Source: an uncultured Pseudobdellovibrionaceae bacterium (GTDB lineage Bacteria > Bdellovibrionota > Bdellovibrionia > Bdellovibrionales > UBA1609). Taken from it: 64,000 nt of DNA. Below, in pieces: positions 18,827 to 29,054 of this stretch (positions are counted from its first letter, which is position 1; every line of letters begins with the position of its first letter). Under the pieces are notes generated by a model. It saw only the letters and a program-made list of their open reading frames with translations. It was not told the DNA's origin and did no database searches. The stretch is taken from contig CAWDNU010000003.1 of assembly GCA_963803705.1 (NCBI GenBank), positions 288,001-352,000 on the forward strand. The letters run 5' to 3'. The position numbers and the translations under genes were made by a program.

Positions 18827-19600
18827 ATGTTAAGTTTATCAATGGGACAGTATTCCCTGGTCTTTAATATGTTGTCGTTTGCAGTTGCATCGATGTTTGG
18901 CGCTTTTGCTTTTTTTGTAATGGCCCAAAGGATTGTCGGCGAAAAATACAAGGTTTCGATGATGGTGTCATCATTGGTGGTTTTAATTGCTGGTTACCAT
19001 TACTTTAGAATCATGGGCAGCTGGGAAAGTGCATTTGTTTTGATAGATGGTGTTTACCAACCAAGTGGAAAGCCGTTTAATGATGCTTATAGATATGTGG
19101 ACTGGTTGTTAACTGTACCGCTTTTACTGGTTGAATTGGTGCTAGTTTTAAACTTAGCTAAAGGAAAATCGGGTCCAATGCTGAGAAATCTGATAATAGC
19201 AGCTGTGTTAATGATAGGACTTGGTTATCCGGGTGAAATTTCAAACGATTTTGTAACTAGAAACGTTTGGGGCGTGCTATCTACAATCCCTTTCATTTAT
19301 ATTTTGGTCGTGCTTTGGGGTCAGCTAGGACAGCAACTTGAAGGTGCAAGTGATAAAGTTAAAACTTTGTTCGCAAATACTCGATGGTTGTTAATTGCAA
19401 CTTGGGGTTTTTATCCTATTGCTTACGCTATTGGTACTTGGGGCGGAATGGAAACAGCAGGAGCTGTTGTGGCTGTCCAAGTGGGTTACACAATTGCAGA
19501 CGTGTCAGCAAAAGCTCTGTATGGCGTGATGATATTTGCAATAGCATACCAAAAGTCATCAGATGATGGCACCTTGCCAATTTTATTAGAGGCAAAATAA
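18827..19600 (+). CDS. Microbial rhodopsin, xanthorhodopsin/Gloeobacter-rhodopsin-like DTE proton pump
   Basis: Seven hydrophobic segments; FNDAYRYVDWLLTVPLLLVE (D92-T96-E103), helix-B His58 (GYHYFRI), retinal Lys229 in DVSAKALYG; GGAGG RBS. Confidence 0.95.
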   Translation: MLSLSMGQYSLVFNMLSFAVASMFGAFAFFVMAQRIVGEKYKVSMMVSSLVVLIAGYHYFRIMGSWESAFVLIDGVYQPSGKPFNDAYRYVDWLLTVPLLLVELVLVLNLAKGKSGPMLRNLIIAAVLMIGLGYPGEISNDFVTRNVWGVLSTIPFIYILVVLWGQLGQQLEGASDKVKTLFANTRWLLIATWGFYPIAYAIGTWGGMETAGAVVAVQVGYTIADVSAKALYGVMIFAIAYQKSSDDGTLPILLEAK

Positions 19601-19642
19601 TTTGCCAGTTAGACCTTTGGTAACAGGTTTTAAGATTCACCT

Positions 19643-20542
19643 ATGGACGAGGATAGCTATTTTAATAGCTATCCTCTTTTTTTTAGCGTATTGAACCTAG
19701 CTTATTTTTTTCCAGAGCTGGATTTTCGGTTAGCTCTTTTAGTAGTTGGCTTAGTTTTTTTAGGCATGCCTCACGGGGCCATGGATATATATCTATTTTA
19801 TAAATCTCTCTATACTAAAAAACAGACATTTTTTTTTATTTTTTCTTATCTCGCTTTAAGCGCGTTAATTTTAGTCTTATGGACGATAAGTCCGACAGTT
19901 AGCTTTTTATTTTTTGCCACCTATTCTATGTTTCACTTTGCAGACAGTGATTTACAGAAAGGCATTCTTGAGAATAAGATGAACTTACTTGAATTCTTTG
20001 CCCGCTTTGCTTTGTCCTTAGGTCTTCCACTAACTTTTTTTAAGCAGCAGACCTTAGAGCTGATCAGTTTCATTCATCCTTATATTCACTTTGAGCCTTA
20101 CTTACTTGTATTTCAGTATCTTGGATTCTTTAGTCTAGGCATGACTCTCGTTTTTACAATTATTAGTTTATACCGCTTTCTAATCGATTTTAAAAACCAA
20201 GATTTAACATTTTTGGAACCCGTGGTACTTTGTGTTTTGTTTTCTCAGATAACGCCCTTATATGCCCTAGGAATTTATTTCTGTTTTATTCATGCAGTTA
20301 AACATATAGTTAACGTGTTAAGCCAAGTTAAAATAAAAACTATAAGAAGTATTTTGCCTTATTGGTTAATTCCCTTAGTGGGGTTGCCTATACTGTTTTA
20401 TATTTACTCACAATCTAAGAACTATAGTATCGATAATTTTCAAACTCATATTTTCCAGTATATTTTGATAACTTTATCTGCTTTGGCGTTTCCCCACGCA
20501 ATTCTAATTCGCTACTGTAAAGTTTTGAAAATTATCAAATAA
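19643..20542 (+). CDS. blh: Brp/Blh family beta-carotene 15,15'-dioxygenase
   Basis: Membrane protein with four His motifs GMPHGAMD, MFHF, CFIHAVKH, AFPHA; 42 nt downstream of the rhodopsin. Confidence 0.9.
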   Translation: MDEDSYFNSYPLFFSVLNLAYFFPELDFRLALLVVGLVFLGMPHGAMDIYLFYKSLYTKKQTFFFIFSYLALSALILVLWTISPTVSFLFFATYSMFHFADSDLQKGILENKMNLLEFFARFALSLGLPLTFFKQQTLELISFIHPYIHFEPYLLVFQYLGFFSLGMTLVFTIISLYRFLIDFKNQDLTFLEPVVLCVLFSQITPLYALGIYFCFIHAVKHIVNVLSQVKIKTIRSILPYWLIPLVGLPILFYIYSQSKNYSIDNFQTHIFQYILITLSALAFPHAILIRYCKVLKIIK

Positions 20543-21338
20543 AATATTATTTAAATGGCTTAGAGTAGATTACTTACTCTGTTTCTCTGGGATCAAAATT
20601 AGGACTTTTGTGTTCAACTTATTTTCAAAATTTGACTTCGATTTGCACCACTTGTTACAAGCTACTTTAATCGTAAGTTTCTAATAGTTGATCCATAAAG
20701 AGCTTAACCCTAGGATTTAGTAAAAATTTTGATACACCGTTAGCACCAACACCTACGCGCTCTTCTTGCCGGTTATCATAACTTGATAGTTTTGCTTATC
20801 TTGCATTTTTAATGATTTTTATTAACTGCGATTTAAGCATTTTTAATCATATGTAACTAAATAGCTGTTTGCATAGATGCAGAGAAAACCAGATTTTGCA
20901 CCCCAATAGTTTAAAGCGAAAACACAGCTGTGAGCACAAGGTATTTTATTGAATATAATATTGTCGATTTTAAAGTTTTGGATGACAGCGAGGTAACTTC
21001 GTACAGTGTTAAGGCTTATCCTGATAGTGGCCTTTTTCTGCGTCAAAAAAACGGCTCAGCAAACTGCAATTAGATGTAGGCTCTGCAGCAGGTGAGCTTT
21101 AAGGTAAAGTTATTGTGGGACCCACAGTTATTCGTAGTCACCAAGTGGGTGAGTACAATCTTATTATGGTAAATTCGCCAGCCGCTGCAGATCTATTAAA
21201 GTTTATTTCAACAACTGTCTCACCTGAAAATGTCTGGAAGTATAGCTCAGTTGTTAAATTTTACATTTGTGTTCTTGTAATTTGAAATATAACGAAATCT
21301 AGACTGCCGCATTTAAGTTATAATGGATAGATTAACCT

Positions 21339-22100
21339 GTGGATTATTTAAAAAGTAAACTGTATTTTTTATTGGAAAAAAACTTAAGTAAAACTAGCCA
21401 GTTTATAAGCATCGTAATTTCGATTGTGATTGTCGTAAATATCTCGTCTCTTATACTAGAAACTGTTCCTAATCTTAATGAGCATTATGGTGCCGTTTTC
21501 TTTTACATAGAAGCTGTTTCAATTTTTGTTTTTACAGTAGAGTATGCACTAAGAATTCTAGCTAATTCAAGATCCAACTTAAACCCTAACGGATCTTCTA
21601 TCAAATTTATTTTATCTCCTTTGGGTTTAATCGATCTAATTGCTATATTGCCATTTTTTCTGCCTTATATTACCACTATGAATCTTGGCACGATCAGACT
21701 ACTAAGGTTGTTCAGACTGCTGCGTTTATTTAAGTTCAAAAGATATACAAAGGCTCTTGATAACTTAGAGCTAACATTTAAAAAGTCTTTGCCTGAAATG
21801 CTTATTGCCTCTGTCTCTATGCTTATAATGTTGTTGATTTCATCTACGGTAATTTATTACTGTGAAAATATGGCTCAGCCAGATAAGTTTATCAGCATTC
21901 CTCATTCAATGTGGTGGGCGATCACCACTTTAACGACTGTTGGCTATGGGGACATGTACCCAATAACAATATTGGGCAAGTTTTTTGGTGCTATGACCTC
22001 GCTTATAGGGGTTGGGCTGATAGCTGTCCCCACCAGTATTCTTGGTGCAAATTTTATTGAAACCCTTAGGATTAAAAACGCAAATAAAAAAATGGATTAA
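21339..22100 (+). CDS. Voltage-gated potassium channel (6TM ion transporter)
   Basis: S4 helix IRLLRLFRLLRLFKFKR; pore WWAITTLTTVGYGDMYP. Confidence 0.92.
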   Translation: MDYLKSKLYFLLEKNLSKTSQFISIVISIVIVVNISSLILETVPNLNEHYGAVFFYIEAVSIFVFTVEYALRILANSRSNLNPNGSSIKFILSPLGLIDLIAILPFFLPYITTMNLGTIRLLRLFRLLRLFKFKRYTKALDNLELTFKKSLPEMLIASVSMLIMLLISSTVIYYCENMAQPDKFISIPHSMWWAITTLTTVGYGDMYPITILGKFFGAMTSLIGVGLIAVPTSILGANFIETLRIKNANKKMD

Positions 22101-22220
22101 TGGACCAAGGTTTACTCTGGATGATTTTAACAAAAAATTTAATACAAGTTTTTTAAATTTGACTGATTTTTCTTATAAATTTACTTCATTAAAATTTCCA
22201 CAAGCCACTAAAATAAGGGC

Positions 22221-23678
22221 TCAAAGACTTGTGTTACGCTCTAAGGCATTTTGTAGATCTTGTTCAAATTGATCCTGTAAAGCTTCCTTTTTTGAAAGAT
22301 CTGGTTCTCTCAGGATTCGGGCAGGGTGGTGGGTGATAAAAGTTTTATTGCAAAAGCCAGTTTTATGAAGCTTTGACCTAACTGTTTCCATTCTTACGGG
22401 AAAACCCAAAACTGAATGGGCAGCGGATAAGCCCATGCAGATGATAACTTCGGGTTTAACAAGTTCGACCTCCTTTTCAAGCCAAGGTCGACAGCTAAGA
22501 ATATGTTTGGAGCTTGGAGTTTTATGTATTCTCACTTTACCACCACTGCGGAAGTTAAAATGTTTGACGGCATTTGTTTTATAAAAATCATCTATATTGT
22601 AGCCCAATTTTTTCAAAGTAATTCCAAGCAGATTTCCAGCAGGTCCTACAAAAGGTTTCCCGCTAACCTCTTCCATATCTCCGGGGGCTTCACCCAAAAT
22701 CATAATTTGGCTTGTTGGCAAGCCAGCACCGGCAACTGGATTTGTGTTCAATTCACAAAGTTCACATGCATTGCACTGAAGCAACTTGATTCGAAGATCA
22801 TTTAATGAGGCCACACCTTCTGTGTAGATTTTAGCGTCCGATCTAGTTGATCTCGAACGCAGCTTCATTGATTCAACTCTGGTAGAAGCATTTCTGATTA
22901 GCTCTGGAATTAATTTAGTTTCGGGCATAGTTTCCCAATACCTGCGGGGCATTTCTTTCATCATAGCGTTTATCTTTACTCGAGCTGGATTAAAAATATT
23001 GCTGAAATAAGTTTGCCACAGTTCGACGAAGGGGTCTTCCGGCAAAGTTTTGGGATGGTACTCTTGCTCTTGGTAAAAAACCTGGTGAGAGTTCCATGAT
23101 AACATCGCGTAAGGAGTAAATATGATCCAATTCATAGTGTTGAATCGTTCCACAAAAAATTTGTAATTTTTTTTAAGAATGTAGTGATCAGGTTTATGAT
23201 AGGCAACGTATATTACTTTTCCGTCCTTACTGAATTCGTTAAATCTGACAAATGCTTGCATTTTGTGTATATCTCTTGTGACCTGTTTAGAAAAAACTTT
23301 AAGCTTATGTAAATTTGGTTCCAAGGGATTATGGATAATTTTAAAATTCTTAGAGTAAGATCGGTAGAAATCGTAAAGAATATCAAATTTAGTTTGGTTA
23401 TTATGACATAATACATTGCTAGCGAACCTAGAAAATTCTTGGTAAAACTTCAAATTATGAAGGTCATTTAAAAAACTTGAGGGCGGTTTTTTTAAACATT
23501 TCAAATCCAAACTCTCTGTAAATAAGTCGGATTGATAATTGGTGCTTGGGTCTTTAGTTGAGTCAAAAACATCAAACCAACTGATCTTATCTGATGAAAC
23601 ATCATTGAAGAGATATGGTAAAATCGCAAGCTCCCAATTTGTAAAAGTAATATGTTTTAGCACTTGGTTAAATTTCAC
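22221..23678 (-). CDS. DUF4130 (TIGR03915-like) fused to a UdgX-like family-4 uracil-DNA binding domain
   Basis: RDIHKMQAFVRF, FFVERF, LWQTYFSNIFNPARVK..MMKEMPRRYW; then CxxC, GEAPG, PFVGPAG, TNAVKHF, KVRIHKTP, CRPWL, HPARILR. Confidence 0.9.
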   Translation of the reverse strand: MKFNQVLKHITFTNWELAILPYLFNDVSSDKISWFDVFDSTKDPSTNYQSDLFTESLDLKCLKKPPSSFLNDLHNLKFYQEFSRFASNVLCHNNQTKFDILYDFYRSYSKNFKIIHNPLEPNLHKLKVFSKQVTRDIHKMQAFVRFNEFSKDGKVIYVAYHKPDHYILKKNYKFFVERFNTMNWIIFTPYAMLSWNSHQVFYQEQEYHPKTLPEDPFVELWQTYFSNIFNPARVKINAMMKEMPRRYWETMPETKLIPELIRNASTRVESMKLRSRSTRSDAKIYTEGVASLNDLRIKLLQCNACELCELNTNPVAGAGLPTSQIMILGEAPGDMEEVSGKPFVGPAGNLLGITLKKLGYNIDDFYKTNAVKHFNFRSGGKVRIHKTPSSKHILSCRPWLEKEVELVKPEVIICMGLSAAHSVLGFPVRMETVRSKLHKTGFCNKTFITHHPARILREPDLSKKEALQDQFEQDLQNALERNTSL

Positions 23679-24918
23679 CAGTTAAAGGGGAAAGAGACTC
23701 AGAAAATAAGCTTAACTGTTCATCTTTTTTAAAATCTAGATTTTCACTTTCTAGCATTCTCACAAATGGGTTAAAGTCACTAACTAGAATAAAAAATTTT
23801 GCTTTGTTAAGCTGAACTTTTAAAGTCTTTAGATCTGTAAAACTTAATGATCTATATTTTCTTGCGCTGATTATTTTAAGGACGTTTCTGACTCCTAATC
23901 CAGGTACCCTTAAAAGTTCGTACTTAGACGCTTTATTAATATCGACTGGAAAAAAATGACGATTTCTTAGTGCCCACATCATCTTGGGATCTTTATCTAA
24001 GTCTAGATTTGGATTTGCATCAGTAGTAATTTCATCAGTTTTAAATTGATAAAATCTAATTAGCCAATCAGCTTGGTAAAGTCTGTGCTCTCGTATAAGC
24101 GGCGGTGAAGCTGCAGGTAAATTGGCATGGGCATCAGGTATCGGGCTATATGCGGAATAATAAACTCGCTTTAACTTAAATTTATCATACAGAAGATTGG
24201 ACTGATGCAAAATTTTTCTATCAGAACTGTCGGTCGCACCAACAATCATTTGGGTGCTCTGGCCTGCGGGAACACGATTTTTGACTATGCGAGGAAGTTT
24301 TGACTTCAAATCACCCAGACCCTCATCTTTAAAAGTTTTCAAGGCGTTCATCGTCTCATGAATTTGCTTATGAGTTTTTCCGGGGGCTAGTGCCATTAAT
24401 TGATCATTGTCTGGTAATTCTATATTCGCGCTTAACCGATCGGCCCATAGGCTTGCTTTTGATAGAATTTCAGAACTAGCTCCTGCAACTGCTTTTAGAT
24501 GAATGTAACCATTAAAACTTTCCTCGGTCCTTAGCTTCTTAGCAACAGCTACTAATTTTGACATTGTGTAATCTGACGATTGTATAATACCAGAACTTAA
24601 AAATAACCCCTCAATATAATTTCGTTTATAGAAGTTAATGGTAAGCGAGACCACTTCATCAACTGTAAAGGTTGCACGTCTGACTTCGCTCGATAATCTA
24701 TTGATGCAGTAGTTACAGTTGAAAATACAGTTATTGGTAAACAGTATTTTTAGCAAAGATACGCACCTGCCATCAGGCGTGTAGCTATGGCAGATACCTA
24801 TGTTGGACGAACTACCAAGTTTACCTTTTTCAGCTTTACGCTTCGAGCCGCTACTAGCGCAAGAGGCATCGTATTTAGCAGCGTCAGCTAAAATAGATAA
24901 TTTATCTTTTATTTCCAC
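23668..24918 (-). CDS. Putative DNA modification/repair radical SAM protein (TIGR03916-like) with HhH motif
   Basis: KLSILADAAKYDASCASSG, GICHSYTPDGRC, CIFNCNYC, REHRLYQADWL, LLRVPGLG; C-terminal QLSLF. Confidence 0.93.
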   Translation of the reverse strand: MEIKDKLSILADAAKYDASCASSGSKRKAEKGKLGSSSNIGICHSYTPDGRCVSLLKILFTNNCIFNCNYCINRLSSEVRRATFTVDEVVSLTINFYKRNYIEGLFLSSGIIQSSDYTMSKLVAVAKKLRTEESFNGYIHLKAVAGASSEILSKASLWADRLSANIELPDNDQLMALAPGKTHKQIHETMNALKTFKDEGLGDLKSKLPRIVKNRVPAGQSTQMIVGATDSSDRKILHQSNLLYDKFKLKRVYYSAYSPIPDAHANLPAASPPLIREHRLYQADWLIRFYQFKTDEITTDANPNLDLDKDPKMMWALRNRHFFPVDINKASKYELLRVPGLGVRNVLKIISARKYRSLSFTDLKTLKVQLNKAKFFILVSDFNPFVRMLESENLDFKKDEQLSLFSESLSPLTGEI

Positions 24919-24925
24919 CTGAAAA

Positions 24926-27068
24926 CTATCGATCCCAAAATCGTAGAGCTTTACAACTGTCTAAAAAACTTTTTGCATTCGAAGATTTAGAATAATGAAA
25001 AAAACCATTATCTACTTTATCTGTCATTCCGGTCATCTTTAGGAAGGCTTGTGAACCATCGCTAAAGCCGATAAACTTCTTATGAGAATAAGCATCAGAA
25101 ATAAAATCTTTAGCCTCGGGAACTTCTGCCAAGTCTTTAGAGCCATCTTCTGACATCAATAAAAATACTGCATCAAATAGAATTGATGGTCCACCTTCAA
25201 TCTTTTCATCAATAGTGAATTTCTTCTTAGATTTCGACACAACTTTGCCAACCCTAGGTCCAATAAGTTTCACGTCGACATCTGCGCTTTTTGCAGCTGA
25301 CTGAAGAGAGCTAAGAACTTGCTCATCGAAACCATCAGATAATAAAATTCCCAAAGTGCGACCAGCCATTGTATCAGGTGGATTCTTCAAAATACTTAAT
25401 GAATTCACAGGTTGCAGAGTTTCAATAATTTTACTGGCAGGTTGAGCAGCTTTGGGTAGCTTTTCTATTCCAAGATTATCAGCAACACTTTTAGCTAAAT
25501 CACCATCAATATTAAGTAAATGAGAAACCATTCTTTCTCTGATTGCTTCTGTCTTCACCTTGCTAAGTTCAAATACAAATGCATCATGAATATGTTCTTG
25601 TTCAACAAGTGTTTGGCTTATGTAAAATTGTCGAGCCTGGCTATAGTGATCAGAAAAGGTCTCAGACCTATCCCTTATTTTAACTCCTTCAATTTTTTCT
25701 TCAAAAGATTTAAAGCCTTCGTTCAAGGATTCTCTAGGGCCTGGGGAATCCGTCCAAGAGTTAGGCTCGTAGTTTACTCGACCTACCGGATTGGTCATGG
25801 TCATATGCCCATCTTGCTGTAAATGATGGAATGGACATTTTGGAGCATTTATAGGAATCTGGGTAAAGTTTGGACCGCCAAGGCGCTTAACCTGGGTGTC
25901 CAGATAAGAAAAATTTCTACCCTGAAGTAAAGGGTCATTAGAAAAATCAATTCCGGGAACAATATTCTGGGTGCAAAATGCAACTTGTTCTGTTTCAGCG
26001 AAGAAATTATCAACAACTCTGTCTAACACTAATCGGCCTACAATTTTTACTGGCACTTGCTCTTCTGGAATTAACTTAGTTGAGTCTAAAACGTCAAAAT
26101 CAAATTTTTCAGCAAACTCCTCGTCAAAAATTTGCAGACCAAGTTCCCACTCCGGGAAATTACCAGTCTTGATAGCGTTCCAGAGGTCCCTTCGATGAAA
26201 GTCGGGGTCTGCTCCATTTATTTTAAGAGCCTCATTCCACAACACAGATTGCATACCTAGTTTAGGCTTCCAGTGAAATTTCACAAACTTAGATTTACCT
26301 TCTTGGTCTAGTAATCTAAATGTGTGGACACCAAAGCCTTGCATGAATCTCAATGATCTAGGAATAGTTCTGTCTGACATTATCCACATTGCCATATTCA
26401 TGCTTTCGGGCATCAAAGAAATAAAATCCCAAAAGTTATCATGGGCAGTTTGCGCCTGAGGAAAGCCAGTATCTGGCTCAGGTTTTGCTGCGTGTATTAA
26501 ATCAGGAAACTTCATTGCATCTTGTATAAAAAATACGGGAATATTATTGCCAACAATATCCCAATTGCCTTCCTTGGTATAAAGCTTCACTGCAAATCCT
26601 CTGACGTCCCTAGCTAGGTCAGCTGAACCCTTATTACCAGCTACTGTGGAAAACCTTACAAAAGCGGGGGTCTTTTCGCCAGGACGCTGGAATAGATCGG
26701 CTTTCGTAACACTTCAAACTCTTGTAGTTTTCGAAGTAGCCATGTGCTCCGTAACCACTCGCATGAACAACCCTTTCTGGAATTCTTTCGTGATCAAAAT
26801 GAAAAAGCTTTTCACGAAGGTGAAAGTCTTCAAGTGTTGAAGGCCCTCTGCTTCCAACCTTTAGAGAATTTTGATCATCTGACACTGGCATTCCCTGCTG
26901 GGTTGTCATAGTAGGTGATTTACCACCACTTTGTTGCCTAGTTTCGCCACCTAATCCTGAAGAGACCTCAATATTTCCAAATTTTAACTTAGTTAAGTCA
27001 CTAGCATTTGAATTCTTATTATTGCTAGACGTTGATTTTCTTTTCTTGATTGAAGATTTTTTTTTCAT
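24926..27068 (-). pseudogene. katE: Large-subunit catalase HPII with one frameshift
   Basis: [15 protein letters not shown] (ORF 26634-27068) continues as [37 protein letters not shown] in another frame after about 26711; [12 protein letters not shown] and a C-terminal DJ-1-like domain follow. Confidence 0.88.
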
Positions 27069-27247
27069 ATCTTTATCTATCCTAAGTGAAAGCTGTTAAT
27101 CAAAAATCTATTATTATAATTAACAAGGTTCTAATTAAGAAAATTTTATCTCAACAGATTCGTTTTTCCAATTTAAAAATTGAATGTCTACAAAACTTCA
27201 CACGCGTTTACAATCTACTAAAAATGGGTAAATTTGGATCTCTGGAT

Positions 27248-28327
27248 CTATAGACTAAGTGCTTCAGTCCACTGAGATAGACTGGTAGAGGATGATCCTA
27301 TGATTTGAAGCACTATTAAAATTGGAATCGCTACGAACATACCGGCAACTCCCCACAGCCAACCCCAATAGATCAAAGATAAAACTATCACAAGTGGATT
27401 TAACCTAAGCGCGCTTCCGACTATCGTCGGTGTAATCAGCTGACCCTCAACAGAATTGATTAAAAAGTAAGTCAGAGCGGGTCCGACGATGTCCATCCCG
27501 CTTCCAGGATTGCTAAGTGAGATCAGAAAAATTAGACCTACTCCCACTATGCACCCAACATAAGGAATAAAATTTAGCATTCCCGCGATTGCTCCCCACA
27601 GAAATGGGTTAGGAAACGACTGCATGTAAAGCGCACTTCCTATTACCAGCCCTAAAACTAAGTTTATAGCAGATATAGTTAAAAGATAAAAGCATGTACC
27701 ATTTTGAATTTCATGCAGTAGCGAATCTTTTGAACCCTTAACTTTTTGATAGGGTAGTACAGCACTGACCTTGCAAAACAAAGCATCACCATAAAGAAGC
27801 AAAAAGAAAAAAATCACCAGCGAAGTAAAAAAGTTGAGCGACCAATCCCATGCTCGGTAAAGCATGCTTTCCCCGGCGCCATCCCCCTTTATCTTAACCT
27901 TGATCACCTCTTGGTCAGTAACATCTGTAAAGTCGTTTATTTTTTTTTCGGCCAAAGAAATGTTCAACATTGGCTTTTTAAGCATTGAAAGATTTTTTTT
28001 AAGATTACTAAAGTTTTTACCTGATGTCTGGAATATGCTTTCGAATGGACCTGACAAAGAATAGACTGCTGAACCTACTAGAAAGCAGATTGTAAGTACT
28101 AAACTAATCGAAGAGAACCAACGGCTAACTCTAAATTTTTGCAGCTTATCTACTAAAGGACAAAAACAAAAGTATAGAATCAGCCCAATCATTATAGGAA
28201 GAAAAATAACTTGCGCATATTTTAAGGTTGCTGAAAAAATAACAAATAAAAAAAGATACCAAGACAGCTCGTAAGTTGTCGGTTTGCTGACCGGAGATGA
28301 ACTTTCCAAGTTTACGTTTCTAGTCAT
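27248..28327 (-). CDS. AI-2E family transporter
   Basis: Multi-pass membrane protein; LNFIPYVG, EGQLITP, LNPLVI..WGWLWGVAGMFVAIP. Confidence 0.9.
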   Translation of the reverse strand: MTRNVNLESSSPVSKPTTYELSWYLFLFVIFSATLKYAQVIFLPIMIGLILYFCFCPLVDKLQKFRVSRWFSSISLVLTICFLVGSAVYSLSGPFESIFQTSGKNFSNLKKNLSMLKKPMLNISLAEKKINDFTDVTDQEVIKVKIKGDGAGESMLYRAWDWSLNFFTSLVIFFFLLLYGDALFCKVSAVLPYQKVKGSKDSLLHEIQNGTCFYLLTISAINLVLGLVIGSALYMQSFPNPFLWGAIAGMLNFIPYVGCIVGVGLIFLISLSNPGSGMDIVGPALTYFLINSVEGQLITPTIVGSALRLNPLVIVLSLIYWGWLWGVAGMFVAIPILIVLQIIGSSSTSLSQWTEALSL

Positions 28328-28564
28328 AATTATGCCTTCATAGAAAATTGATATATTATCTTAGTAATTAATAACAGCATGCAATTGATGGCCACTCAAG
28401 CCTATTGATGTGCAGTTTCCTGCACAACACATCCATGATGTTTAAATATCTAGACAAAACCTGCAAGGATCCTTGAAGTAGCAATTTGGTTGTGGGGCTA
28501 TTATAGCTTTACTTACAAATGGTTACGATACGAATAGTTACAAAATTCAACAAAAAGGAAATCA

Positions 28565-28864
28565 ATGAAAGAGTCAGTCCAGCCTAACAGCAAATCTCCA
28601 GTCAAATCTAACAGCAGCGCCGATAACTTTTCAGGTTCTAAAGAAGAACATAGCGAAGGGTCTCTTACACAAAAGATAGAAGATCAGACTGCAAAGATAC
28701 CTTCCGGGGCATTTTTAGCAGCAAGCATTTTAAGTATAGGAGCTTCAGCTCTGCTGAAGGTCAGTGGTCGTGATAAGGATGCACAATTTGTCGGGCAGTG
28801 GGTTGCACCTTTTCTACTGCTTGGTGTCTACAATAAAATCGTCAAAACTTTAGGTAACGATTAA
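28565..28864 (+). CDS. Small conserved hypothetical membrane protein (stress-associated type)
   Basis: HSEG..IEDQTAKIPS..FVGQW.APFLLLGVYNKIVK, resembling a widespread uncharacterised family; AAGGA RBS. Confidence 0.75.
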   Translation: MKESVQPNSKSPVKSNSSADNFSGSKEEHSEGSLTQKIEDQTAKIPSGAFLAASILSIGASALLKVSGRDKDAQFVGQWVAPFLLLGVYNKIVKTLGND

Positions 28865-28878
28865 CCTTTAGTCCATTA

Positions 28879-28900
28879 GCCGGTAAGTTCACTTACCGGC
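28879..28900. terminator. Hairpin between convergent genes
   Basis: GCCGGTAAG-TTCA-CTTACCGGC. Confidence 0.6.
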
Positions 28901-29054
28901 CGTACTAAAAATAGCATTTTGTGTTTTCATCCTAAACGCTTAAGTGTGTTTTTCTCTTTAAAAAATACATCTTCAAATTTCCTACTAAAATTCTGATACA
29001 AGCATAGATAAATTTCGTTAAATTTAAAAAACATTTAAAAACCACATTGATAGT

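Noticed and set aside
20543..21338. Possible gene remnants between blh and the K+ channel (hoped-for crt fragments)
   Set aside because: Short stop-interrupted frames with no recognisable motif; cannot be assigned without a search
26700..26725. Programmed ribosomal frameshift in katE
   Set aside because: No slippery heptamer or homopolymer run at the junction
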